NCBI GenBank assembly: GCA_018382775.1
Contig: JAGZPG010000004.1
Location: 75,594 to 139,593, forward strand
Direction of reading: 5' to 3'
Source: Collinsella sp.
Lineage (GTDB): Bacteria > Actinomycetota > Coriobacteriia > Coriobacteriales > Coriobacteriaceae
Length of the DNA: 64,000 bases
The stretch's first letter is position 1, and each line of letters begins with the position of its first letter. A program made the position numbers and the translations under genes. Positions 51,688 through 61,850 of this stretch are shown piece by piece. Below the pieces are notes generated by a model. The model was given only the letters and a program-made list of their open reading frames with translations. It was not told the origin of the DNA and ran no database searches.

Positions 51688-52062
51688 CTACTCGGCGACG
51701 GGAGCCTCGGCAACAGCCTCAGCCTCTGCCTTGACAGCCTTCTTGGCGCGGGAGGTAGCCTGAACCTTCACGATCTTCAGCTTGGTGAGCTGCTGACGAT
51801 GACCCTTCAGACGACGATAGCGCTTGCGCTTGTGGAACTTGAAGACCAGCTGCTTCTCGCCCTTGAACTGCTCAACGATCTGAGCGGTAACCTTGGCCTT
51901 GGCCAGCTTGTCGGGATCGGTGACGATCTTCTTACCATCGTTGAGGAAGATAACCGGCAGGGTGATCTTGTCGCCCTCATTGCCCTCGATCTTCTCGACG
52001 GTGATGACATCGTCGGTGGCGACCTTGTACTGCTTGCCGCCCGTGTTAACGATTGCGTACAT
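51688..52062 (-). CDS. rplU: 50S ribosomal protein L21
   Basis: MYAIVNTGGKQYKV is the L21 start (internal Met of the track ORF). There is no prp/ysxB gene between rplU and rpmA. Confidence 0.85.
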   Translation of the reverse strand: MYAIVNTGGKQYKVATDDVITVEKIEGNEGDKITLPVIFLNDGKKIVTDPDKLAKAKVTAQIVEQFKGEKQLVFKFHKRKRYRRLKGHRQQLTKLKIVKVQATSRAKKAVKAEAEAVAEAPVAE

Positions 52063-52129
52063 GTTTACTTGCCCTTCATGCATCAGTTAGTGCAACAGCC
52101 GAATATAGTAGCAGGCGATAATACCCCCG

Positions 52130-52942
52130 TCAACGAGTATGTGGAGCAAATCCACAAGTTCGCACAGGTATGGGGCTGACGAGTCGGCCCTCGTCGTCCT
52201 CGCATGCTTGATTCTGACGCTCGACATCGTAGGAGCAGATGGTCACGAGGTCTTGCATACCGGTGGAAACAATAGGTGCATCGACGCCCGGGGTCAAGCC
52301 CTGCAACAAAACATCAGCTGCGGAAAGCAAAATTTCCGGACGCATGGAGCCCTCATTATCGGCATGGGTGTCGAGCATGAGCACCAGATGGTCCGGGCGC
52401 TCCCCTGCCTTAAGCTCATAGCCCACCAGTGTGTGGTCAAGGTCCAGGCGTTTGCTCTTTTTGCCGCGTGCGTAGTCGATGCCGTGGCCCGCGCGCAGCG
52501 TATCGATAGCGCGACGCACCTCGTCGGCGTCCACCGGTGCCTCAGGGTCAAGATGCAGATCGATACGATACGACAGACGCGTGAGTTGCGCCGTCAGCGC
52601 CGGCGTGCGCACGTCGATGTATGCCGCCTCGATGGGGGCCAGATCGGCCGGAGATGCCGCCGCCAAACGTTCAAACGCCTCATCGAGCGCAACGAACTCA
52701 GTCATAAACAAGTCATACCACTCGCAAGTCGACGACGTTCCCACCGGCAGCGCCGACGAAAAGCCCACACGCATATGCGGAGAGAAGCCCTGCGTCACGG
52801 CATAGGGCAGCCCCGCGCGACGCACGATGCGCTCAATAGTATGAATCACCTCGAGATGGCCCAGGTACTTAAGGCGGTCGCGCTTGCCATAGCGAACGCG
52901 AAGCCTAAAGAGCGTGGGGTTGTCGGTCAGGCGCTCACTCAT
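52130..52942 (-). CDS. radical-SAM-associated protein, DUF2344 / TIGR03936-like
   Basis: 270 aa. LFRLRVRYGKRDRLKYLGHLEVIHTIERIVRRAGLPYAVTQGFSPHMRVGFSSALPVGTSS matches the conserved N-terminus of the DUF2344 family that partners TIGR03960 radical SAM enzymes. It overlaps the rSAM gene by 4 nt. Confidence 0.7.
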   Translation of the reverse strand: MSERLTDNPTLFRLRVRYGKRDRLKYLGHLEVIHTIERIVRRAGLPYAVTQGFSPHMRVGFSSALPVGTSSTCEWYDLFMTEFVALDEAFERLAAASPADLAPIEAAYIDVRTPALTAQLTRLSYRIDLHLDPEAPVDADEVRRAIDTLRAGHGIDYARGKKSKRLDLDHTLVGYELKAGERPDHLVLMLDTHADNEGSMRPEILLSAADVLLQGLTPGVDAPIVSTGMQDLVTICSYDVERQNQACEDDEGRLVSPIPVRTCGFAPHTR

Positions 52943-54816
52943 GCGCGATCACCCACCAATACGTTCTTGGCATGAAGCGTGGGGCAGATTCCGCAGCCGG
53001 TGCACGAGGTACGGGTACAGTCGGGCGTCGTGACGCCCTCCAACGAGCGGCGGTATTCGCGCTCGAGGAAGCCGCGCGAGCAGCCGGGGCTCACGTGCTC
53101 CCAGGGCAGGCGCCAGTCCAGTTCGTAGGGCAGGTGCACGAGCTCGTTGAGATCGATGCCGTTTTTGGCCGCAGCCGACTTCCAGTTGTCGAGCGAAAAA
53201 TGCTCCACCCAGGCGTCAAAACGCGAACCGGCACGCCAGGCATCGATGATGACAGGCGTCATGTCACGGCCGGCGCGGGACAGCGCGGCCTCGACGAGCG
53301 AGGTCTCGGCATCGTGGTAGTGAACGCGGACCGCACGGTTACGAACGCTCGTAATGAGCAGCTTTTGGCGACGCTTGACGTCATCGTAATCGAGCTGCGG
53401 GCACCATTGGAACGGCGTGGCGGCCTTGGGGATAAACACCGACACCGAGATGGACACCGAGATGGAGCCGCGACGCGCCTTGGGAACCACGGAGCGGCCG
53501 AGCTCGAGCACATGGTCGGCCAGGTTGGCGATGGCCACGATATCCTCGTCGCGCTCGCCGGGAAGGCCCATCATAAAGTAGAGCTTCATGCGGTTCCAAC
53601 CAGCCTCGAAGGCCGCCTTGGCCGCACGGTCCAAGTCCTCCTCGGTCACGTTCTTGTTGATGATGTCGCGCATGGGCTGACTGCCGGCTTCGGGGGCAAA
53701 CGTCAGGCCGCCCTTCTTTTCGCCGGCGACCGACTCGGCCATATCCACGCCAAACGAATCCAGGCGCTGCGAGGGAATGGACACGCGAATGCCCGTATCT
53801 TCCAGACGGCGGTTAAGGCGACCGAGCACATCGCGGATGCAGGAGTGATCGGTGGTCGAAAGCGAGGTAAGCGACACCTCGTCATAGCCGGTCTTTTCCA
53901 GGCCCTGGATCACCGAGGACACAATCTGGTCGGCCGAGCGCTCGCGCACCGGGCGATAGGTCATGCCGGCCTGGCAAAAACGGCAGCCGCGGGCACAACC
54001 GCGCAGAATCTCGATCGACAGGCGGTCGTGAACGAGCTGCGCGTAGGGCACGCACGACTGCGACAACGGATTGGTAGCGCCAAAGTCCTCAACGACGCGC
54101 TTGTAGACCACCGGTGGGACGTCCTTGCCTTCGCGCGGCACGGTGTAGCCATGCGGCGAGCAGGGCTCGTCATGGCGCACCTCGTAGAGCGACGGCACAT
54201 AGGTGCCACCGACCGTCGCGAGCTGCTCGACAATCTGAGCGCGCGAGACGCCCTCGTCGCGCAAGCGGCGATGCAGCTGGCAAACCTCGAGCAGCGACTC
54301 CTCGCCCTCGCCAATGAGGATGGCATCGAAGAAGGCTGCATACGGCTCGGGGTTATAGACCGAGGGACCACCGGCAATGATGATGGGGTCGTCCTCGGTG
54401 CGGTCGGCCGCCAGCAGCGGAATGCCGGCTAGATCGAGGGCCTCGAGAAAGTTTGTCACGGCCATCTCATGCGGCACGTGCATGCCGACGATATCGAACG
54501 AGGCCACGGGTGCTGCGCCCTCGAGCGACAGCAGCGGGATACCAGCCTCGCGCATGGCATCGCCCATATCGGGCCACGGCACATAGCCGCGCTCGCAGGA
54601 AATGCCCTCGGCCTGATTGAGGATGTTGTACAGGATGGCAATACCCTGGTTGGGCAGGCCAACCTCGTACACATCCGGATAAATCATGCAGCAACGATAG
54701 TCGGCATCGGCCTTGGAGAGCGTGCCCCACTCATGGTCGATATAGCGACTCGGCTTCTCGACCTTTGCGAGCAGGGGCTCAATCAAATGAAAACAGTCTT
54801 GGTACACAGCGCGCAA
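52939..54816 (-). CDS. B12-binding-domain radical SAM protein, TIGR03960-like
   Basis: 625 aa with an N-terminal B12-binding-like domain, a CxxxCxxC radical SAM cluster (RGCARGCRFCQAG) and a C-terminal DUF3362-like extension. It is usually found next to rne/rng, which is absent here. Confidence 0.75.
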   Translation of the reverse strand: MRAVYQDCFHLIEPLLAKVEKPSRYIDHEWGTLSKADADYRCCMIYPDVYEVGLPNQGIAILYNILNQAEGISCERGYVPWPDMGDAMREAGIPLLSLEGAAPVASFDIVGMHVPHEMAVTNFLEALDLAGIPLLAADRTEDDPIIIAGGPSVYNPEPYAAFFDAILIGEGEESLLEVCQLHRRLRDEGVSRAQIVEQLATVGGTYVPSLYEVRHDEPCSPHGYTVPREGKDVPPVVYKRVVEDFGATNPLSQSCVPYAQLVHDRLSIEILRGCARGCRFCQAGMTYRPVRERSADQIVSSVIQGLEKTGYDEVSLTSLSTTDHSCIRDVLGRLNRRLEDTGIRVSIPSQRLDSFGVDMAESVAGEKKGGLTFAPEAGSQPMRDIINKNVTEEDLDRAAKAAFEAGWNRMKLYFMMGLPGERDEDIVAIANLADHVLELGRSVVPKARRGSISVSISVSVFIPKAATPFQWCPQLDYDDVKRRQKLLITSVRNRAVRVHYHDAETSLVEAALSRAGRDMTPVIIDAWRAGSRFDAWVEHFSLDNWKSAAAKNGIDLNELVHLPYELDWRLPWEHVSPGCSRGFLEREYRRSLEGVTTPDCTRTSCTGCGICPTLHAKNVLVGDRA

Positions 54817-54825
54817 AAGAAACCC

Positions 54826-55755
54826 CTAAGCAGCGAGATCGGATGCGTCCTCAAAGGGACCCATGGGACGAGTAGCGCCGGCAACCGTGGTCACCAGGTC
54901 GCGAACGCGCGAGAACGTGGCGGCAGCCACCTCGTTGGCACGGCTGTAATCGATGTCGCGCTCATACAGCGAAACGAGCGCACGGCCCATACCATAGGTG
55001 CCCGCGGCGGCGGTCAGCGCCTTGACGACAAACCCGATATGCGGCGTCTGCTTTACCAGGGCGCGGGTGACGGCGCGGAGCACCAAGCCGCCGGCAAGCA
55101 CGCCCGCGACCTCGTAGCCGCGCTCGGGCTTAATACCGCGTCCAAAGATGGCCGCGAGCTCAAAGAGCATGCCCACCTGCGCCAGCGCCATAACGGGATA
55201 ATCGGCCCCCGGCAAAAACACCAGCGCACCCGTCGCCATATTGGTAAGCGCGCACGAGGTGATGATGCGGTTGGCGGCGGCGATACGCATAAAGGCAAAG
55301 TTCGCCGCAAAGGCTGTCTCCTTGTCCGTGCGGTCGAGAATCCAGCGAGCGAGCGTCTCGAGCAGATACGTCTTATCGGTAGCCGCCACCGCGCCGAGCA
55401 TGGGCGTGGACTCCTGGATAAAAGGCACCTCGACAGCGGACTCGGCCAGCACGCACACGGGGGCGCCGGCAATCACGAGTTCCTGCACGGCGCTCTCAAG
55501 GCGGTCAGACCCGCACGAAAGCACCAGCACCACATCGGTATCGGTCTTGGGGACGATACGGTCCTCACCCAGGCGCTCAACGCGCACAATGCCCGACGTC
55601 GTCTGCGGCACGAAGGCATCGCGCACCGTCTCGACCAAAAAACGCGAGGCAGACGAATCGAGGTAGACGGACACGCGAACCGGCGTGTCGGAATCCTTCT
55701 TGGTGGTCGCGCCCATCTTAAAGACGCGGGTCAGCTTGTCCACGGGAATCTTCAT
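54826..55755 (-). CDS. hypothetical protein (conserved-looking, no recognised motif)
   Basis: 309 aa with no P-loop, no TM helix and no signal peptide. Its N-terminal alpha/beta-like region (VVLVLSCGSDRLESAVQELVIAGAPVCVLAE) is followed by a hydrophobic helical C-terminal half. It lies between rodA and the rSAM gene. Confidence 0.45.
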   Translation of the reverse strand: MKIPVDKLTRVFKMGATTKKDSDTPVRVSVYLDSSASRFLVETVRDAFVPQTTSGIVRVERLGEDRIVPKTDTDVVLVLSCGSDRLESAVQELVIAGAPVCVLAESAVEVPFIQESTPMLGAVAATDKTYLLETLARWILDRTDKETAFAANFAFMRIAAANRIITSCALTNMATGALVFLPGADYPVMALAQVGMLFELAAIFGRGIKPERGYEVAGVLAGGLVLRAVTRALVKQTPHIGFVVKALTAAAGTYGMGRALVSLYERDIDYSRANEVAAATFSRVRDLVTTVAGATRPMGPFEDASDLAA

Positions 55756-55773
55756 AGCAAACCCCTCCAGCGG

Positions 55774-57000
55774 TTACGCGGCGCCCGAACGATGCCGCCA
55801 TATGGATTGTACGATACCCACCGTCAGCAACTGAATCATCATCGAGGACGAACCAAAACTAATAAATGGCAGCGGAATACCGGTAATCGGCATCATGCCA
55901 ATGCACATGCCGATGTTCTCGAAGGTCTGGAACGCCCACATGCCGACGATGCCCACGCACGATAGGCGCAAGAACAGCGACTCGCACTTAAAGGCAACGC
56001 GGATCGTCGAGAAAATCAGCAGCACGTAGAGGCACAGGAGCAAAAAGGAGCCGCAGAAGCCGAACGTCTCGGACAGGAAGGCGAAGACGAAGTCGGTGTG
56101 GAACTCGGGCAGAAAGCCACCGGCAGACTGCGTCGCATGGCCCAGCCCTTTACCGAAAAAGCCACCCGAGCCGACGGCAATGAGCGACTGCTGCAGGTTG
56201 TAGGCATCATCCGAATCGGCATTATCGGGGTCGATAAAGACGGTCAGTCGGTTCATCTGGTACTGCTTGATCAAAACGTCATGGCCCAGAAGAGAATCGA
56301 GCACCGAATCGAGCGCCAGGATGAGCGCCACCAGGCCCACAAGCAGCGCCAAGGTCGACAGCACCCATTCGCGACGCGCACCGCTCATGCAGATCACAAC
56401 GGCACCCGACACCAACACGACCAGGCCCGAACCCAGGTCGCCCATGGCGACGACGGCCAAAAACGGAACGGAGAGCATGCCATAGAGCTTAATGTAGTCG
56501 CGGGCGGTATCGATGCGGCCGTTGTACTGCGAACCAAGCGTGGCGATAAAGAAGATCGTGATGAGCTTGGCAAGCTCGACCGGTTGGAAGGTAAGGCCGA
56601 TACCGGGAATCTTGATCCAGCCCGTCATGCCCAGACCGCCCGTATAGGACAGACCCGGAATCTTAGGCGAGAAAATCACAATGAGATCGATGACGAGCAG
56701 CGCCGTCGAGAAGTTAGAGATGCCGCGCAGATCGGTACGCCAGACGAGCACCGCAAGCACCGTACCGATGCCGATGCCCAACAGGTGGCGCGAGAATGAG
56801 GCGTCGGCCTTAAACTGCGATGCCGACCAAATGATGATGGCACCATAGGCAACGAGTGCCAAGGTTGCCAGCAGCACGCCGATGTGCACCTTCTGGCGAA
56901 ACGTGCCGCGCGAGGCCGAAAGCTGCTTGTTGACACGGTCCAGGCTGCTGCGGGAACCGGTTTTAGTTGAGCGGAACAGGTCCGCCGGCGAAAAATCCAT
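55774..57000 (-). CDS. rodA: SEDS-family peptidoglycan glycosyltransferase RodA
   Basis: 408 aa, a polytopic FtsW/RodA/SpoVE family protein positioned after pbp2. Confidence 0.85.
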   Translation of the reverse strand: MDFSPADLFRSTKTGSRSSLDRVNKQLSASRGTFRQKVHIGVLLATLALVAYGAIIIWSASQFKADASFSRHLLGIGIGTVLAVLVWRTDLRGISNFSTALLVIDLIVIFSPKIPGLSYTGGLGMTGWIKIPGIGLTFQPVELAKLITIFFIATLGSQYNGRIDTARDYIKLYGMLSVPFLAVVAMGDLGSGLVVLVSGAVVICMSGARREWVLSTLALLVGLVALILALDSVLDSLLGHDVLIKQYQMNRLTVFIDPDNADSDDAYNLQQSLIAVGSGGFFGKGLGHATQSAGGFLPEFHTDFVFAFLSETFGFCGSFLLLCLYVLLIFSTIRVAFKCESLFLRLSCVGIVGMWAFQTFENIGMCIGMMPITGIPLPFISFGSSSMMIQLLTVGIVQSIWRHRSGAA

Positions 57001-57009
57001 CGCAACCTC

Positions 57010-59079
57010 CTATCGAACCGAAGAATCGCCCGTGGCAGAAGATGTGTCGGGCTCGTCATAAATGGCACCGAGGACATCGCGCACGACGTGCAGCGCGGTA
57101 TCGGAGCCACCACCGCCCTGTTCCAAGACAGTGACAATCACGTACTTGGGCTCATCGGCCGGCGCGTAGGCGCAAAACCACGCGTAATCGTCCTCGCCGC
57201 TCTTCTCGCCCGTGCCGGACTTGCCGTAGACCGTGGGGGTCAAGGAGTTAAAGTGTGCGGCGGTCGAAGTCGACGCCGAGTAAATCACATCGTGCATGCC
57301 GTTGCGGACCAGCACAAGATCAGCATCGTTGTTAATTTGAGCCTCAAGGCGCTTCTTTTTGCCCTTGCCGTTGTACTTGTAGGCATCGCCGTCGCCATCA
57401 CGCGAGACAGCAGACAAGAACACATGCGGCACATACTGTTTGCCGCCGTTGGCAAGGCCCATGTAGGCACACGCCATCTGCAGCGGCGTCACCAAAATGT
57501 CGCCCTGGCCGATAGCGATGTTAGTCATATCGCCGGCATTCCACTTGCGGTCCTCGGCCGAGGCGTCGGTAAAGTAGGACTCTTTCCACTTGGCGTCAGG
57601 AATGCGACCGGTGCCCTCACTTGGCAGATCGATGCCGCAGGTCTTGCCCAGGCCCCAACGGCGAAAGACCTCTTGCAGACCCTCGGGATGCTGGTCGTTG
57701 TAGAAAAACGCCTTACCCATATCGTAAAACACGGGGTCGCACGAGTTGGCGATACCGGATTGCAGCGTCATAGTGCCGTGACCGGAATGCAGCCAGCAGT
57801 ACTTACCCCATGACTTGCCCAGGCCCGTCCAATAGCCCGTGCAGTTCGTGGTCTGGCCTGAGGTATAGGTTCCAAACTCAAGACCGGCCAGAGCCGAGAG
57901 CGGCTTGATGGTCGAAGCCGACATATACTGGCCGCTAATGGCGCGGTTGAGCAGCGGATGCGAACCCTTGTCGTCGTTGAGCTCGGTCCACACGTCGTTG
58001 GAAACGCCGCCGATGAACACCGACGGATCAAACTTGGGCTCGCTTGCCATACCCAGAATCTCACCATTGTTGGGATCGAGGCACACCACGGCGCCGTTGC
58101 CGGCATCGCTATGACCCGTGGTCTTGGCAAGCTCAATGGCATTCGCCAGAGCCGTCTCGCAGGCCTGTTGAATCTTAAGATCCAGCGTAAGCTTAATGTC
58201 AGAACCGGCCTTGGCGGGAACGGCGCCGGCTTGACCGGTCACATTACCCGAGGCGTCAACTTTCACGGTCTGCTCACCACGAATGCCCTGCAGCAGATTT
58301 TCGTAGTAAATCTCTACGCCCGCCTGGCCCACAATATCGCCCGATTGATACGAGATCTGGCCAGCCGCGCTATCGCTGCCGTCCGACGACTTCTTGTTCT
58401 GCGCCTCGAGCTGCTCGGAGGTAATGGTGCCGGTATAGCCCAAGATATGGCAGGCGGTCTCGCCATACGGGTATTGGCGCTCGGTGCGCTCGGCGATCTT
58501 CACGCCGGGAAACTCACCGGCGTGCTCCTGAATGTAGGCGACAGTAGAGCGGCGCACGTCAGTCGCGATCGTATGCAGGCTCTGCGCGCCTTCGGAATTG
58601 TCCTGGATGTTGCGCAGCACCGCGATATACGGCATGCCGAGCACGTTGGCAAGATGACGCACCAGTACCTTGTCGTCGGCAAGGTCGCGATAGGCGACGA
58701 CGGCGAGCGAGGGGCGGTTTTGCACCAGCGCGACGCCGTTGCGGTCCAAGATGCGGCCACGCACGGCAGGCGTGGTAACGGTACGGGTCTGATTGCTCTT
58801 GGCCTGCTTGTCGTAGTAGTCCGACGAGACCATCTGCATGCCCCACAGCTTAACGGCAAGCGCGGCAAACATCGCACCCACGCCCGCGGTGAGGATGGAA
58901 AAGCGGCCCTTGAAGGCCGTAGCGGCCGTATTGCCCTCGCCCTCGGTGGCGCGCGGGGCCGTTCCGTGCTGCGTGTCGTAGGTAAAGCGGGAGTCGCCGC
59001 GTCGCATGATGACCAGCGCGACCACAATGGCCACGACCAGGACGATGCCAGCGACAACAACCGTCAACTGGGAAGACAT
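57010..59079 (-). CDS. mrdA: penicillin-binding protein 2 (class B transpeptidase, elongasome)
   Basis: 689 aa with an N-terminal TM anchor, a dimerisation domain and the transpeptidase motifs STIK (SxxK), SGH (SxN-like) and KSGT. Confidence 0.85.
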   Translation of the reverse strand: MSSQLTVVVAGIVLVVAIVVALVIMRRGDSRFTYDTQHGTAPRATEGEGNTAATAFKGRFSILTAGVGAMFAALAVKLWGMQMVSSDYYDKQAKSNQTRTVTTPAVRGRILDRNGVALVQNRPSLAVVAYRDLADDKVLVRHLANVLGMPYIAVLRNIQDNSEGAQSLHTIATDVRRSTVAYIQEHAGEFPGVKIAERTERQYPYGETACHILGYTGTITSEQLEAQNKKSSDGSDSAAGQISYQSGDIVGQAGVEIYYENLLQGIRGEQTVKVDASGNVTGQAGAVPAKAGSDIKLTLDLKIQQACETALANAIELAKTTGHSDAGNGAVVCLDPNNGEILGMASEPKFDPSVFIGGVSNDVWTELNDDKGSHPLLNRAISGQYMSASTIKPLSALAGLEFGTYTSGQTTNCTGYWTGLGKSWGKYCWLHSGHGTMTLQSGIANSCDPVFYDMGKAFFYNDQHPEGLQEVFRRWGLGKTCGIDLPSEGTGRIPDAKWKESYFTDASAEDRKWNAGDMTNIAIGQGDILVTPLQMACAYMGLANGGKQYVPHVFLSAVSRDGDGDAYKYNGKGKKKRLEAQINNDADLVLVRNGMHDVIYSASTSTAAHFNSLTPTVYGKSGTGEKSGEDDYAWFCAYAPADEPKYVIVTVLEQGGGGSDTALHVVRDVLGAIYDEPDTSSATGDSSVR

Positions 59080-59092
59080 CTACAGACCTCCC

Positions 59093-59665
59093 CTATTTGA
59101 GCTTACGGGTCTTGGGCTTAAAGCGCATACCCGTCTGACGCCCACCGCGCGCGGAGAACCCATAGCCAGACTGCGGCGCGACGCCGGACATCAAAAACGG
59201 AACGGCGACCAGACCGGTCAGAATCGAGGACGGCAGGGCGTGTCCAAAGATCGCCACGACAAAACTCGATTCCAGTCCCATAAACAGCAAGATAATGCTG
59301 TAGATCACGTTAATGGCAAGCGCAAAGGCGCCCACCGTGATGCCGCGAGCGCTCGGGGTGCCTCCCGTCTGACCGGCGGCACTGTGTGTCAGGGCAAAGC
59401 TGCCCACTGTCAGCAACAGCGACATCACGCCCACCGGCACGGCTGCCGACAGGTCGTAGAACAGGCCACTGCAAAAACCGCAGATGACGGCCCGCGTGGG
59501 ATCGCCCGAAAACACACTCAGGCACACCAGGATAATCATAAAGTTGACGCGACCGCCCGCGATGGAGATCTGCGGCGCCAAGCCCGCCTGCAGCAGGACG
59601 CAGACAATGGCGGCAATCGCAAAAGTGCGGGAGCCAGTCCCCTGTTCGTGTAGATCCATGGACAT
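59093..59665 (-). CDS. mreD: rod shape-determining protein MreD
   Basis: 190-aa multi-TM protein directly after mreC. Confidence 0.7.
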   Translation of the reverse strand: MSMDLHEQGTGSRTFAIAAIVCVLLQAGLAPQISIAGGRVNFMIILVCLSVFSGDPTRAVICGFCSGLFYDLSAAVPVGVMSLLLTVGSFALTHSAAGQTGGTPSARGITVGAFALAINVIYSIILLFMGLESSFVVAIFGHALPSSILTGLVAVPFLMSGVAPQSGYGFSARGGRQTGMRFKPKTRKLK

Positions 59666-59671
59666 GCCTCC

Positions 59672-60670
59672 CTATTCGCTCGAGCCCGAGTCAGTCGTGT
59701 CGGACGCATCGGAGTTTTCATCCGAGCTTTCATCTTTGGACTTGGTGGCCGCATCGCGCGAGGTGCCCTGCGGCGTACTGTTGGCGCTGCTCACATCCTC
59801 GTCCGAAGCCGACTGCTCATCGGTCAGCGACGTAATGACCAGCACTTCCTCGTTGTTTTCGGCCGTTGTCTGAGCGCGCACGACGATGGTGTAGTACACA
59901 TCGTTGGCAGACTTCTCCACCGACGAGACCGTACCGAGCGGCAGGCCCTTGGGGAATACGCCGCCGATGCCCGAGGTCACGATGATATCGCCCACCTTCA
60001 CGTCGGAGTCGACACTCACGTGCTCCAGGCGCAGGGTACCGTCGGGCTGCCCCTGCAGCATGCCCTGAACACGCGTATCCTGCACCATGGCGGACACGCC
60101 CGAGTTCTCATCACTAATCAGGCGGACGGTGGAGGTCTTGGCCGAAACCTCGATAATCTGACCGATGACACCGGCAGAACTCGTCACGGGCATGTTGATG
60201 GTAAGACCGTCGGCAGAGCCTTTGTCGATGGTAACGGTCGAGGTCCAGGCATCGCCCGACGCGCCGACAATGCGAGCCGCGGTGGACTTGAGGTTGTAGG
60301 TCGACTGAAGACCGACCAGGCTCTCGAGTCGCTCGGCGGTCTTTTGAGCCTCGGAGAGCTCGGCAACCTTTGACGTCAGGACCTCGTTTTGCTTCTTAAG
60401 CTCGTCGAGGGTGTCTTGCGAAGCCGTAAGGTTTGAGAACACGTTTCCGATTGCGTTAAAGGGCGCGGCCACAGCCGAGCCCACAAAACGCACCGGCGAG
60501 GTAATCGTCGTCACGCCAGAACGCACGGCATGAATCGGTCCCGCCTCACCCTCGCGAATGTAAAACGTAAGCAGCAGCACCGAAATTACGCTGAAAACAA
60601 TCAACGGGCGCATACCCGTTGATTGTCGCTTGGTATTCAGATTTGAAGAGAAACCCGAAGATCGTGCCAA
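59672..60670 (-). CDS. mreC: rod shape-determining protein MreC
   Basis: 332 aa with an N-terminal TM, a coiled coil (LDELKKQNEVLTSKVAELSEAQ) and a beta-rich periplasmic domain. It has a C-terminal S/D/E-rich tail. Confidence 0.85.
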   Translation of the reverse strand: MARSSGFSSNLNTKRQSTGMRPLIVFSVISVLLLTFYIREGEAGPIHAVRSGVTTITSPVRFVGSAVAAPFNAIGNVFSNLTASQDTLDELKKQNEVLTSKVAELSEAQKTAERLESLVGLQSTYNLKSTAARIVGASGDAWTSTVTIDKGSADGLTINMPVTSSAGVIGQIIEVSAKTSTVRLISDENSGVSAMVQDTRVQGMLQGQPDGTLRLEHVSVDSDVKVGDIIVTSGIGGVFPKGLPLGTVSSVEKSANDVYYTIVVRAQTTAENNEEVLVITSLTDEQSASDEDVSSANSTPQGTSRDAATKSKDESSDENSDASDTTDSGSSE

Positions 60671-60691
60671 ATGGAATCCACCTTTTGGAAA

Positions 60692-61735
60692 TTAAGCATT
60701 GGTCTGGACGAAGCCACCGTCAAACGCGTTGGCCTCGAGCACGCGGGCGCAGCCGTTGACGACGTTGTCGAGCGCCGTAGGGCTGACGTTGACCGAAACG
60801 CCGGTCTCGTCGCGCAGACGCACGTCGAGGCCGCGCAGCAGCGCACCGCCGCCGGTCAACAGGATGCCGTAGTACATAAGATCCGAGGCAAGATCGGGCG
60901 GCGTGGCGTCGAGGGCGTCCTTGACGGCCTTGGCCATCTCGTCGAGCGGCTTATTGAGCGCGCGACGAATCTCCTCGCTCTCGATGCGCACGGTCTTGGG
61001 CAGGCCCGTGATCACGTCGCGGCCGTTGACCTCGACGTCGAGCTCGTCCTTGAGCGGCACGGCAGAACCGACCTTGATCTTGATGTCCTCGGCCGTGCGC
61101 TCGCCGATAGCCAGGTTATAGGCATCGCGAACGTGGGTAAGGATGGCCTGATCAAACTCGTCACCGGCTATGCGGATGGACTGCGACACGACGATACCGC
61201 CCATGGCGATAACGGCGACCTCGGTGGTACCGCCACCGATATCGATGACCATGGAGCCGGTGGGCTCCTCGACAGGCAAGTCGGCGCCGATGGCAGCAGC
61301 CATGGGCTCCTCGATCAGGTATGCCTGGCGGGCACCGGCCTGAATCGTAGCCTCAAAAACAGCGCGCTTCTCGACCGACGTGACGCCGGAGGGGACGCAG
61401 ACGACGACGCGCGGACGCGGCGTCCACGGATAGCGCTTCTCGGACGCCTTGTCGATAAAATAGCGAAGCATGGCCTCGGTAACGTCGAAGTCGGCGATAA
61501 CGCCGTCCTTAAGGGGACGCACAGCCACAATGTTACCGGGCGTACGGCCGAGCATGCGCTTTGCCTCGATACCGACAGCCAGGATGCGCTCATCGTTCTT
61601 GTCGATGGCGACAACGGAGGGCTCGCGAATGACGATGCCCTTGCCGCGCACGGAGACAAGCGTGTTGGCGGTGCCGAGGTCGATGGCAAGATCGCCCGCA
61701 TAGTTACCGAAGAACATATCCATCAAAGAAAACAA
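60692..61735 (-). CDS. mreB: rod shape-determining protein MreB (actin homologue)
   Basis: 347 aa with actin-fold phosphate motifs (IDLGTANT, DIGGGTTE). Confidence 0.9.
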   Translation of the reverse strand: MFSLMDMFFGNYAGDLAIDLGTANTLVSVRGKGIVIREPSVVAIDKNDERILAVGIEAKRMLGRTPGNIVAVRPLKDGVIADFDVTEAMLRYFIDKASEKRYPWTPRPRVVVCVPSGVTSVEKRAVFEATIQAGARQAYLIEEPMAAAIGADLPVEEPTGSMVIDIGGGTTEVAVIAMGGIVVSQSIRIAGDEFDQAILTHVRDAYNLAIGERTAEDIKIKVGSAVPLKDELDVEVNGRDVITGLPKTVRIESEEIRRALNKPLDEMAKAVKDALDATPPDLASDLMYYGILLTGGGALLRGLDVRLRDETGVSVNVSPTALDNVVNGCARVLEANAFDGGFVQTNA

Positions 61736-61795
61736 CGCAACTCCTGATGTGTTGGATGATTGCTGGAAAACTACTAGCCCATCATACTAGCGCAA

Positions 61796-61828
61796 GCCCG
61801 GCACTTCACTTGCGGTGAAGCACCGGGC
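61796..61828 (-). other. 14-bp hairpin between the TPR gene and mreB
   Basis: On the minus-strand RNA, GCCCGGUGCUUCAC-CGCAA-GUGAAGUGCCGGGC pairs perfectly with two G-U pairs. On the plus strand the same positions give C-A and A-C mismatches. It is followed on the minus strand by UUGCGCU, a weak U tract. Confidence 0.45.
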
Positions 61829-61850
61829 AGCGCCAAATCTCATAAGGTCA

